Shown here: one piece after another, positions 53,643-63,400 of the stretch | How the letters are laid out: the number at the start of each line of letters is the position of its first letter | Position numbering within the stretch: position 1 is the first letter of the stretch | NCBI GenBank assembly: GCA_023429135.1 | Contig: JAEYWD010000033.1 | Location: 372-64,371, forward strand | DNA from: Bacteroidota bacterium | GTDB lineage: Bacteria; Bacteroidota; Bacteroidia; Bacteroidales; JAAUTT01 | DNA length: 64,000 nucleotides | Direction of reading: 5' to 3' | The notes under the pieces: generated by a model | The model's input: only the letters and a program-made list of their open reading frames with translations | The model's database searches: none | What the model was told of the DNA's origin: nothing | Program-made: the position numbers and the translations under genes

Positions 53643-55615
53643 TGATGTCACGATATATTATAATTATAGCCTTTACCTGGGTCTGGAATCTGAACATAAC
53701 TGCCCAGGTTAATTTTAACCGCGGTGTTAACCTTACCAACTGGTTTCAGGAAGCAAGTGCTCGTCAGATTCAGTTTACAAAATATACCAGGGACGATTTT
53801 GTCCAGATCAAAAGTCTGGGATGCGACGTAATACGTCTGCCTATCAATCTTCATGCAATGACAAACGGATCGCCCGACTATACGCTGGATCCGCTCTTTC
53901 TGGAGTTTCTCGACAAAGCTGTGACCTGGGCTGAAGAATTGCAGATCAATCTTATCCTGGATAATCATACCTTTAGTCCCGATGTGAATACCGATCTTAA
54001 CATAGGTACTATTCTCAATAAAGTCTGGAAACAGATGGCCCAGCATTATAAGGACCGGTCGGAATATATTCTTTACGAAATACTGAATGAGCCGCATGGC
54101 ATAACTACTGCGCAGTGGGGTGCAATTCAGAAGGGGGCCATCGATGCAATCCGCTCGGTCGACACCAAGCATACAATAATAGTAGGAGCCTCCGGGTTCA
54201 ATACTTACAGCGAACTAAAGGATTTGCCTGTTTATAGCGATTCCAAACTTATTTACACCTTTCACTTTTACGATCCTTTTATTTTTACTCACCAGGGTGC
54301 ATCCTGGGGATCTCCTTCAATGGTTCCTCTGGCAGGTGTGCCATTTCCTTATAATTCCGCTTCTATGCCTGCATGCCCCGCATCTCTTAAAGGAACCTGG
54401 GTAGAAAGTAACCTGAACAGTTATTCCTCTAACGGAACTGATGCCAAGGTTAAATCTCTGATTGACATAGCTGTGAATTTCAAAACCTCTCGCAATGTAA
54501 AAGTATTCTGCGGAGAGTTTGGCGTGTACATACCAAATAGTCCAAATGCCGACAGGGTTTACTGGTACGAGGTTGTGAGGAAATATCTTGAAGAAAAAGG
54601 GATACCATGGACTATATGGGATTATAATGGTGGATTCGGATTGTTTAAAAAGGATTCGAACGAACAGTTCGATTACGATTTAAATACGGAGATTCTTCAA
54701 TCGCTTGGTTTTACTGTGCCCCCGCAGAAAACTTTTATTCTAAGGCCCGACAGTGTTGGATTTCCGATGTATACCGATTTAATCGAAAATAAAATCACGG
54801 GATCGGGCGCCAATAATGCCACTATCGATTTTTATAACGACAATAAACCCAACAATGGCAAGTACTGTTTGTATTGGGGCAATGCACCACAGTACAGTAA
54901 CATTACTTTCAAATTCAACACCGCAAGAGATTTTTCCAAACTTGTAAGCGAGGGCTATGCACTGGATTTTATAGTTCGTGGCATGCCATCAACAGCCAAA
55001 TTCGACATTCGTTTTATAGATACTAAAACTTCAGATCCGGCCGATCACCCATGGCGAATGCGGATTTCCGTGGATAATACCCGGGCAGCGTGGGATAAAT
55101 ACTGGCATCATGTGCATGTTCCATTATCTGCATTTACCGAACAGGGATCATGGGATAATAATAGCTGGTATAACCCCGAAGGCAAGTTCGACTGGAAAGC
55201 AATTGACCGGATGGAAATTGTCGCTGAGCAGGAGTCTCTTACGGGAAAGAACTTCTGGTTCGATAATATTCATATCACAAATAAGGATACGGCCATTGTG
55301 CGAGAAAACAGCATCATCAGCAAAAGAGAAAGCTTAACCGAAGAAAATAAAGTTCTGATTTATCCTAATCCAATGAGTAACTATCTCCATTTGTCGTATA
55401 AGCTGGGTGAATCTGAATATACAAAAATTGAAATTTTTAATATGACTGGTAAAAAGGTATTTGAAAATGCCGGAATGCAACCTGCCGGAGATTATAATCA
55501 ACTGTGGAATGGGAGAGATATGGCAGGAAACGTCTTGCCTTCTGGTCTATACCTTCTTAATATCTCTTTTGGTAAAACTGGCTATACCTTTAAAATATTC
55601 GTAAATCCAATCTAA
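53642..55615 (+). CDS. GH5 endoglucanase (cellulase family) + carbohydrate-binding-like module + T9SS C-terminal sorting domain
   Basis: NRGVNLTNWFQ, RLPI, ILYEILNEPHG and GEFG motifs of GH5. The CTD reads IYPNPMSNYLHL...SGLYLLNI...FKIFV. The start overlaps the previous stop (TAATG). Confidence 0.8.
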   Translation: MMSRYIIIIAFTWVWNLNITAQVNFNRGVNLTNWFQEASARQIQFTKYTRDDFVQIKSLGCDVIRLPINLHAMTNGSPDYTLDPLFLEFLDKAVTWAEELQINLILDNHTFSPDVNTDLNIGTILNKVWKQMAQHYKDRSEYILYEILNEPHGITTAQWGAIQKGAIDAIRSVDTKHTIIVGASGFNTYSELKDLPVYSDSKLIYTFHFYDPFIFTHQGASWGSPSMVPLAGVPFPYNSASMPACPASLKGTWVESNLNSYSSNGTDAKVKSLIDIAVNFKTSRNVKVFCGEFGVYIPNSPNADRVYWYEVVRKYLEEKGIPWTIWDYNGGFGLFKKDSNEQFDYDLNTEILQSLGFTVPPQKTFILRPDSVGFPMYTDLIENKITGSGANNATIDFYNDNKPNNGKYCLYWGNAPQYSNITFKFNTARDFSKLVSEGYALDFIVRGMPSTAKFDIRFIDTKTSDPADHPWRMRISVDNTRAAWDKYWHHVHVPLSAFTEQGSWDNNSWYNPEGKFDWKAIDRMEIVAEQESLTGKNFWFDNIHITNKDTAIVRENSIISKRESLTEENKVLIYPNPMSNYLHLSYKLGESEYTKIEIFNMTGKKVFENAGMQPAGDYNQLWNGRDMAGNVLPSGLYLLNISFGKTGYTFKIFVNPI

Positions 55616-55619
55616 TTGC

Positions 55620-57518
55620 ATGAAAACTCTGGTTCTTATCCTTTGTGGAACTTTGCTGTTAGGCATAAATCTGAATTCGCAAACTGTGAATGTAACAGTT
55701 GATGTAAATGCCGGTAAGCATAAAATTTCACCTTATATTTACGGAAGGAATAACTCCCTGAGTTCCGATCCTTCTAAACCCTTAACAGAAGTTCAATGGC
55801 AGTTTTTGCGCGATGCCGGTGTGAGAATTGTAAGAGAGAATGGTGGAAATAATTCAACCAAATATAACTGGCGTAAGAAAATATCCAGTCACCCCGACTG
55901 GTACAACAATGTTTACGCATCCGACTGGGATTTTAAAGTAATCTCCATGCAGCAGAAGATGCCCGAATTGGCTGCCATTTTTGCTTTTCAGCTTATTGGC
56001 AAAGCAGCCTCCAATACCTCTAACAATTTTAACGATTGGGGATATAATCAATCCAAATGGTGGAGCGGAATAAATCAGAACCTTGCCGGTGGCGGACAGA
56101 TAAACACCGCGGGCGGGGATAAGGCTCTGGTAAATGGCAATCCCGATTTGTATACCATGAACTGGAATGCCGATTCTACAACAGGAATACTGAATCATTG
56201 GATTAATAACCTGAATATTGATAAAAGCAGAATCCTTTACTGGAACATGGACAATGAACCCGAAATTTGGAGCGGTACCCACGACGATGTTATGCCAACA
56301 CAGTTACCGGCAGAAGATTTTATCCAGCGGTATGTTGTAACTGCTAAAAAAGCCAGGGAATTATTTCCCGAAATAAAGCTAATGGGTCCTGTTCCCGCGA
56401 ACGAATGGCAGTGGTATGTTTACGATGGTAAGAAAATCAATCATCAGGGTGTAAGTTATGTTTGGCTCGAGTATTTTATTAAACGTGTTGCCGAAGAGCA
56501 AAAGAGCTCAGGAGTGCGGTTGCTCGATGTGCTCGATATTCACTTTTATCCCGGAGAAACCAAAGCTGAAGATATTGTTCAGTTACACAGGGTCTACTTC
56601 GACAGGAACTACAATTACCCCGGTGCAAATGGCGTTAAAAAAAGTGGCACCAGCGAATGGGATAATACCATCACCAAGGAATATATTTTTGAACGCTGTA
56701 AGGACTGGTTAAATCTGTATTTTGGCGAAAATCACGGTATTACCTTTGGCGTTACCGAAACCGGTATCAAAGTTGTGAATCCAAGTGTAACATCTGTTTG
56801 GTATGCTTCTACATTAGGGGAATTTGCAAAGCAGAGAGTTGAAATATTTTCGCCCTGGAGTTGGGAAACAGGGATGTGGGAAACCCTTCATCTTTTCAGT
56901 CGTTATGGTAAGGAAAATTATGTGAATGGAGTTTCATCAAACGAAACGCTGGTTTCAGCGTATCCATCGTTAAGCAATACCAACGATTCACTTACTATAT
57001 TCCTGGTAAACAGGTCAGTCGACAAATCTCAAACGGTTACAGTTCAGCTTTCAAATTATTTTATAGGAAATGGTACCTATAATGCGCTTACCTTGGAAAA
57101 TCTTCCCGCCGATGAAACATTCAAGTCTCACACAAACAATGCGTTGGCAAAAAGGATAGAAAGTGCTTCGAATAATTCCACCACGGTTGTTTTACCTAAA
57201 ATGTCGGTAACTGCTCTTTTGCTGAAGGGAAGTACAAATTCTGCCAGAGAAAAGATTAACGAATCGGTTAATATTTCGCTTTTCCCCAATCCTGCTGAAA
57301 CTAAAGCAACTCTGAACTTTTCGCTTAAAAACGAAGAAACAGTGTTCGTTCAGTTATGCAATCTGCAGGGGAAACTGATACAAAACATTCTCAACAAAAA
57401 ATTTAATTCCGGTAACCATAGTCTTGAAATTTTGACAAATGATCTCGATCCGGGAATTTATTTGGTTAAGGTTGAAATTGGTAGCAAAATAATTCAGAAG
57501 AAACTGGTGGTACAATAG
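55620..57518 (+). CDS. GH44-like endoglucanase/xyloglucanase + T9SS C-terminal sorting domain
   Basis: ISPYIYGRN, RENGGNNSTKYNWR and WNMDNEPEIWSGTHDDV resemble GH44 signatures. The CTD reads LFPNPAETKATLNF...PGIYLVKVE...KKLVVQ. Confidence 0.65.
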   Translation: MKTLVLILCGTLLLGINLNSQTVNVTVDVNAGKHKISPYIYGRNNSLSSDPSKPLTEVQWQFLRDAGVRIVRENGGNNSTKYNWRKKISSHPDWYNNVYASDWDFKVISMQQKMPELAAIFAFQLIGKAASNTSNNFNDWGYNQSKWWSGINQNLAGGGQINTAGGDKALVNGNPDLYTMNWNADSTTGILNHWINNLNIDKSRILYWNMDNEPEIWSGTHDDVMPTQLPAEDFIQRYVVTAKKARELFPEIKLMGPVPANEWQWYVYDGKKINHQGVSYVWLEYFIKRVAEEQKSSGVRLLDVLDIHFYPGETKAEDIVQLHRVYFDRNYNYPGANGVKKSGTSEWDNTITKEYIFERCKDWLNLYFGENHGITFGVTETGIKVVNPSVTSVWYASTLGEFAKQRVEIFSPWSWETGMWETLHLFSRYGKENYVNGVSSNETLVSAYPSLSNTNDSLTIFLVNRSVDKSQTVTVQLSNYFIGNGTYNALTLENLPADETFKSHTNNALAKRIESASNNSTTVVLPKMSVTALLLKGSTNSAREKINESVNISLFPNPAETKATLNFSLKNEETVFVQLCNLQGKLIQNILNKKFNSGNHSLEILTNDLDPGIYLVKVEIGSKIIQKKLVVQ

Positions 57519-57645
57519 CTAAATTTAGCTATTATATAGTGTTTACCTGAATTTGATGTTAGAATTTACGTAACAAGCATAAAATTAAGGAAATAAGGTT
57601 AAAGAAGTATACTGATCGAGTGTACCAAGGTCGAAATACAAGTAA

Positions 57646-57674
57646 AAATAAGGTTTTAAAAAGAAACCTTATTT
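57646..57674. terminator. AT-rich 11-bp hairpin between convergent genes (possible bidirectional terminator)
   Basis: aaataaggttt-taaaaag-aaaccttattt is a perfect 11-bp stem, but it contains only two G:C pairs. Confidence 0.4.
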
Positions 57675-57757
57675 CGATCTATTAACCTTCATAGAAATAG
57701 TAACGAATTTAACCTTATTATCTGATATTTAACAAATGACATTTCATCGATGGGACT

Positions 57758-58984
57758 TTACTTTACAAGAATGCTGGCATTGCGGATAACGGCAATACTT
57801 CCTTTTTCTGCGTCAATTAAAGGTTGGATATCTTTTTCATCAATTTTCCGAACACCAAGTGTTTTGCAGGTTGTTTCGTCCAGCGATGTGAGCATATGAA
57901 TTTTAATGCGTCTGGCTTTGGTCATCATGGATAGGGCAGTTCCGCCATTTCCTTCGTAATTTTCGGCCAACATGTTAAAGGCCGCATCGAAACTTCCTGC
58001 TTCCAGGTATTTCATAAAATAATTGGAGCCGATTTTATCAATACATTCACTCAAAATGATGAGTTTACCTCCATCTTTTACAAAGGCCGCAGCATGGTGA
58101 ACCGATTTATGGGCTTGTATAAAATTGATATCTTTTGGATATCCACCACTTGAAGCTACAACCAGATCGTATTGCTCAGCGGAATTATGCCTGTAATAAC
58201 TGTCGTGAATTCTGCAGACTTCTTCAAATTCGGCATAAGTCTTCCCGGCGATCAACTGGCAAACTTTTCCCGATGCATTCATTATTCCGTGAATAGAGAT
58301 CTTTTCGGGAATAAAATCGTCTATTTCCTTTAAATCTTCAGCCAGTGGATTTCCGTTGAGCTGTCCTGGCTGACAACCTGTAGCAAGAGCCCGTGAGCTT
58401 AGGTCCAGGAACAAGCCATGATTGTGGTAAATGGCTTTGCGCTGTGCTAATCCTGGGAATAATAGCTTCCGGCCACCGCCATATCCCGCAAAATAGTGAT
58501 GCGAAATAGCTCCGAAAGTAATCAGGAGTGTACTCTTGAGAATATCTTTCCGGATGGTTACGGGGGTTCCTCGTTTTGTGGTACCACAAATTTCGAAAAC
58601 GCTGTCGTCCGTGCAATCGTGGTGCACAAAAAGATATTCCTTGTAAATGGGGCCGTAGGTTTTAAGGCTTTCTCCTTCAGTTTGAGGAGGATGAGTTCCG
58701 TAAGCAATATAGATATGAATATTTTCTTTTGCAGCGCCTTTGCTTAAAAGAAGACCGGTAAGCCAGGGTAAGTATTCGGGGTAGCCGCAAAGCCGCGTTT
58801 TGTCGGAAACCACAATGGCTACATTTTCAAATTTTTTACGGTCATCAGGCAGGAGTTTATTCAAATCGTTTGTAAAAGACTCTTTGGTAATGTTAAACTC
58901 AGGCTGTGTAAAATCGGGGATGACAGCTTTGGATGGTATTTGTATATTAATTTCTTTGGAACCGTATTTTAAGCTAAAAGTCAT
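57758..58984 (-). CDS. LarA-like (nickel-dependent lactate racemase, DUF2088) family protein
   Basis: 408 aa with VAIVVSDKTR, AYGTHP, HHYFAGYGGGRKLLFPG and AHKS.H. Confidence 0.75.
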   Translation of the reverse strand: MTFSLKYGSKEINIQIPSKAVIPDFTQPEFNITKESFTNDLNKLLPDDRKKFENVAIVVSDKTRLCGYPEYLPWLTGLLLSKGAAKENIHIYIAYGTHPPQTEGESLKTYGPIYKEYLFVHHDCTDDSVFEICGTTKRGTPVTIRKDILKSTLLITFGAISHHYFAGYGGGRKLLFPGLAQRKAIYHNHGLFLDLSSRALATGCQPGQLNGNPLAEDLKEIDDFIPEKISIHGIMNASGKVCQLIAGKTYAEFEEVCRIHDSYYRHNSAEQYDLVVASSGGYPKDINFIQAHKSVHHAAAFVKDGGKLIILSECIDKIGSNYFMKYLEAGSFDAAFNMLAENYEGNGGTALSMMTKARRIKIHMLTSLDETTCKTLGVRKIDEKDIQPLIDAEKGSIAVIRNASILVK

Positions 58985-59174
58985 AATCTTAAATTTTGCG
59001 TAAAATTAAGGAGTAAAATGTAATTACCGTCTTTGTTTTTGATAAAATGGCTTATTGTTAATAACAACCGTCAACACAAAAGAGCAATTATTTTATTATT
59101 TTAACGCACTCTGTGAAATAACCGTATTGTTTTGTATTTTTCGGTATCAAATTATAAACCTTAACCGCTTAATC

Positions 59175-59969
59175 ATGAAAAGAAAAGAGTTTTTAGCTTC
59201 CGCCGGTTTATTAGGAGTAATGCCTTTTGTATCCGGATTTTCCAGCGAACAACCTGGTAAAAAGAATACCAACCAATTTGTGGAGTTAATCAAATATCAG
59301 TTGCATCCAGGTACCAGGAAGTCAATGGTTGCCGATTTCTATAAGAATGTAGCCATACCGGCACTAAACAGAATTGGAATATCAAAAGTCGGCGTATTTA
59401 GTCCTGTTTATGGGCCCGATAACTTAACCATTTATGTGATGATTCCCCATGAGTCTATGGAAGCTGTTTTTGTCGATAATGAGAAGCTTTTACTGGATAA
59501 AACCTACACAACCGACGGTGAGAAGTTTTTGAATGCTCCAATGAGCGAAACCGCTTTTGTAAGAATGGAAAAATCGGTTTTCCGTTGTTTCAATAACTTG
59601 CCGGCAATTGAATTACCCACTGACCTGATGAATGTAAGCAGCCGTATTTATGAGATCAGAATTTACGAAAGTCCCAGTATGGTTTCGGCCAAGAAAAAGG
59701 TGCATATGTTTAACGAAGGCGGTGAAATTGATATTTTCAAGAAAACAGGATTGCGTCCGGTATTTTTTGGTGAATGCTTATCAGGACCAGCCATGCCAAA
59801 CCTCCACTACATGTTAGCATTTAAAGATATGCAGGAAAGAGATGCCAACTGGGATGTTTTCCGCAAGAGTCCGGAGTGGGGTAAATTAAGCAAAGATCCA
59901 TATTATGCCGATACGGTTTCGTGTATTACCGATATTATTCTTAAGCCGGAAGGTTATTCGCAGATATAA
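59175..59969 (+). CDS. NIPSNAP-domain protein with a Tat-like signal
   Basis: Starts at the ATG at 59175 (MKRKEFLASAGLLGVMPFVSG). Two NIPSNAP-like halves (FVELIKYQLHPG...; IYEIRIYESPS...). The track ORF extends upstream from a TTG. Confidence 0.65.
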   Translation: MKRKEFLASAGLLGVMPFVSGFSSEQPGKKNTNQFVELIKYQLHPGTRKSMVADFYKNVAIPALNRIGISKVGVFSPVYGPDNLTIYVMIPHESMEAVFVDNEKLLLDKTYTTDGEKFLNAPMSETAFVRMEKSVFRCFNNLPAIELPTDLMNVSSRIYEIRIYESPSMVSAKKKVHMFNEGGEIDIFKKTGLRPVFFGECLSGPAMPNLHYMLAFKDMQERDANWDVFRKSPEWGKLSKDPYYADTVSCITDIILKPEGYSQI

Positions 59970-60410
59970 TCTTATTTTTAAAGCCTGTGGAGATAATTTC
60001 AAAGCAGGTTTTATTTATAATACCCTTTTAGATTAATTAACCAACATGTTTCTTTTACTTCTTCAACGATATTTAGTTCGGAGTTTTCTAACGTTTTCAA
60101 GGCAAGCTTAGATGATAAACATCAATGTGTCCGGTGATATATCTCATCACTTATAAAAGTCGTTTATTTTCAGATTTTTACGATATTTAATAGATTCTAT
60201 GAAGTTTATTATCAAGGCAATTCATTTTTGATAATATAGATAACTAATATGGCATTAAACTCGTAAATGACTTTAGTTATTTTTTGCAATATGTAGGAAG
60301 GGTAGGTTTTTTCGAATAATAAGGTTTCTTTAAAACTACTTAAAGTATTCTTTTTAAGTATTATTTAATGTTTTGTAACTTATCTTCTATCTACTGAATA
60401 ATAGAATAGT

Positions 60411-63400
60411 ATGTACTTTTTTTTTGTTCTCCCAAGGTTGTTTTCAAGTAAGGCATTTCTATTCCTTATTGTTCTTTCTGTGCTTTTTTCTTCCAATTTG
60501 GATGCTCAGGTTTCGAATCAGGATTCAGACTATATTTGCGATAATGATAATAATTCCTATACGTTTACAACCTGGACTAACAGGGTTGGTACCTGGGTAG
60601 TTTTTAAAGGTTCCGGACAATTTTCAAATCCAGCGAGCCATACAAATTGTACAATTTCAAATATAGGTTTTGGAGAGAACATATTCTATTATTGGGATAA
60701 CAGCTTTTCAACAACAATTCCAGAGCATATACTCACAATATATAACACAAAAGTAAATGCAGGCGCCGATGCCGCAATATGTTGGCCGACAACCTCGTAT
60801 CAACTTAATGGTTCCGATGTTTCTGCAGCTTTTGGTGGGGGCAGCAATGGGGAGTGGACGGTTATTTCTGGTACAGGAACTTTTACTAATAAGAATGACC
60901 CTAAAACTGTAGTCTCCGGTTTAAGCCTGGGAGCAAACCAGTTCAGGTGGATGGGAAAATCTTTGCCAGGTGGTTGTGGAAATAGTTCAGATATAGTTCA
61001 GATTACTGTTACAAACGTTGCTCCAAATGCTTTCGCCGGAAACGACCAAACAATTTGTCCGGGTGGTTCTGCTACCATTACAGCACCTGCAGGAGTAGGT
61101 TATACCTATTTATGGAATACAGGTGCTACAACCCAATCAATTACGGTTTCTCCAATCGCGGCTAAAACAACTTATCAGGTCACTGTTACCAATGCCAGTA
61201 ACTGTTCAGCTACTGATGCGGTTGATATTAATGTCGATAATGTTGATTTTTACAATTTAAGTTCTAATGCTACAACATACTGCGCAGGAGGAACAGGTGT
61301 TACCCTTTCGCTTTCCGGATCGAAGACGAATGTAAGTTACCAACTGAAAAAGAACGGTAACAATGAGGGATCTGCAGTGGCGGGAACTGGAGGCGTATTG
61401 AACTGGACAAACAAAACCGCCGGAACTTACACTGTTGTTGCTACTAACCTTACCAACTGCAGCGAAGTAATGAATGGTTCGGTGGTTGTGACCGCCGATC
61501 CGTTGCCTGTTGCTTACAATCTCACAGCATCTTCAGCTACATATTGCAGCCATACATCAGGAGTTACACTGAATTTAAGTAGCACGGAAAACGGTGCCAA
61601 TTATCAATATCAGCTTTATAAAAATGGGGCAATATTTGGAGCTATTGTTGAAGGTATCGGGGATCCCATTTCCTGGGATAATATTACTGCTGGAACGTAT
61701 TCAGTTAAAACCACAAATACATTAACAACCTGCTCGTCCACTATGACTGGCACACCATCCGTAACTTCCATTGTTTCCCCTACTATTTTTAAAGTAGAAG
61801 GAGGTGGTGTGTTTTGTGAAACCACAGGGGGTTTAGATGTTACTTTGGACGATTCGGAAGTGGGTGTAAATTACCAGCTTTTGAAAGACGGTTTTGTTGC
61901 GGGAGCTCCTAAGGCAGGAAGTGGAGGAGTTTTAACCTGGACCGGAAATCTCGAGGGAACCTATACAGTAACTGCAACAAGTGGAGGTGGTTTCTGTCCA
62001 AGAACCATGAACAGCAGTGCTATTGTTGTTAAAGAAACTTTACCAATATTATTCAACCTAACAGCAAATACTACAGGATATTGTACCGGAGATGCAGGAG
62101 TAACCATCTCTTTATCAGGATCACAGGTAGGAGTGAACTACCAACTTATTAAAGATGGGGTTCCCTCAGGAGCTCCAGTATCGGGAGATGGGAATCCTTT
62201 ATCTTGGGTAAATAACCAACAGGGAGTTTATAAGGTTCAGGCAACTAAAACTTCAGTTACCTGTGCTCTGGAAATGAACGGATCAATAACCGTAGTTGAA
62301 AATCCTTTACCGGTTCAATTTATAATTCCTGCCAATTTAACTTACTGTTCAAATACTACCGGGGCAACAATAGTGCTAAATTCCTCACAGAATGGACCCA
62401 ATTACAAATATCAGTTATATAAAAATGGGATAGCCGAAGGTGCTCCAGTTTCAGGTACAGGTGCTCCTTTGCAATGGACTGCTAAAACAACTGGTTCTTA
62501 CACAGTAATTGCAACAAATACAACCTCCGGGTGCACCCAGAGCATGGCAGGCACAACAACTGTGGCTGTTTTGCAAGCTCCATCGGTTTTTAATATTTCA
62601 GCGGACGATTATTATTGCCAGGCAGGAGCAGGAGTTTCCATCGAACTGGCAAATTCAGAAGGCGCTTCCATCAGTTATCAATTGTATAAAGATGGTCTCA
62701 GCGACGGAGTCCCCGTTGCTGGAAATTCCGGAGTCCTTACTTGGGCCAACAAAAAGGCGGGGGTATACACAATAAAGGCCACAAATACCGGAAACAGTTG
62801 TGCTATCCCTATGAACGGTTCAGAAACTGTAAACGAAGTTGCTTTACCGGCAATATACAATCTTTCGGGTGCTACAGCTTATTGTGCGGGCACATCCGGG
62901 GTTACCCTTACTTTATCGGGTTCACAGGTCGGGATAAACTATACCCTGAAAAAAGGGGGAGTGGCTGTTGGTACAATTGTTGGAACTGGTGCTGCAATCA
63001 GTTGGCAAAATGTTTTATCGGGAAGTTATACTGTAGATGCAGTTACCTCAAATCCCATTGCTTGCTCAGTTCCCATGAACGGAAGTGTTAATGTCAACCA
63101 AGTAGGGTTACCGGCGGTAAATGCAGGTGCTGACGTTGCCATCTGTTACGGAAGCTCAACCCAACTTCAGGCAGCAGGTGCAAATACATATTCATGGTCT
63201 CCTGCCGTTAGCCTGAACGATCCTTCGGTAGCAAATCCCATTGCCACGCCCACATCAACAACATTATATACGGTAACAGGTACGGATGCCAATGGTTGTG
63301 TCAATACCAGTCAGGTTACGGTTACGGTGAGGGCATTGCCTAATGCGGTGGCCAGTACCCCAACCACCATCTGCAACGGAGATAAGGCCATATTAACGGC

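Noticed and set aside
59055-59174. 40-codon upstream extension of the NIPSNAP gene proposed by the ORF track
   Set aside because: The extension starts at a TTG and encodes a hydrophobic, low-complexity peptide. The internal ATG at 59175 gives a canonical Tat/Sec-like signal (MKRKEFLASAGLLGVMPFVSG).
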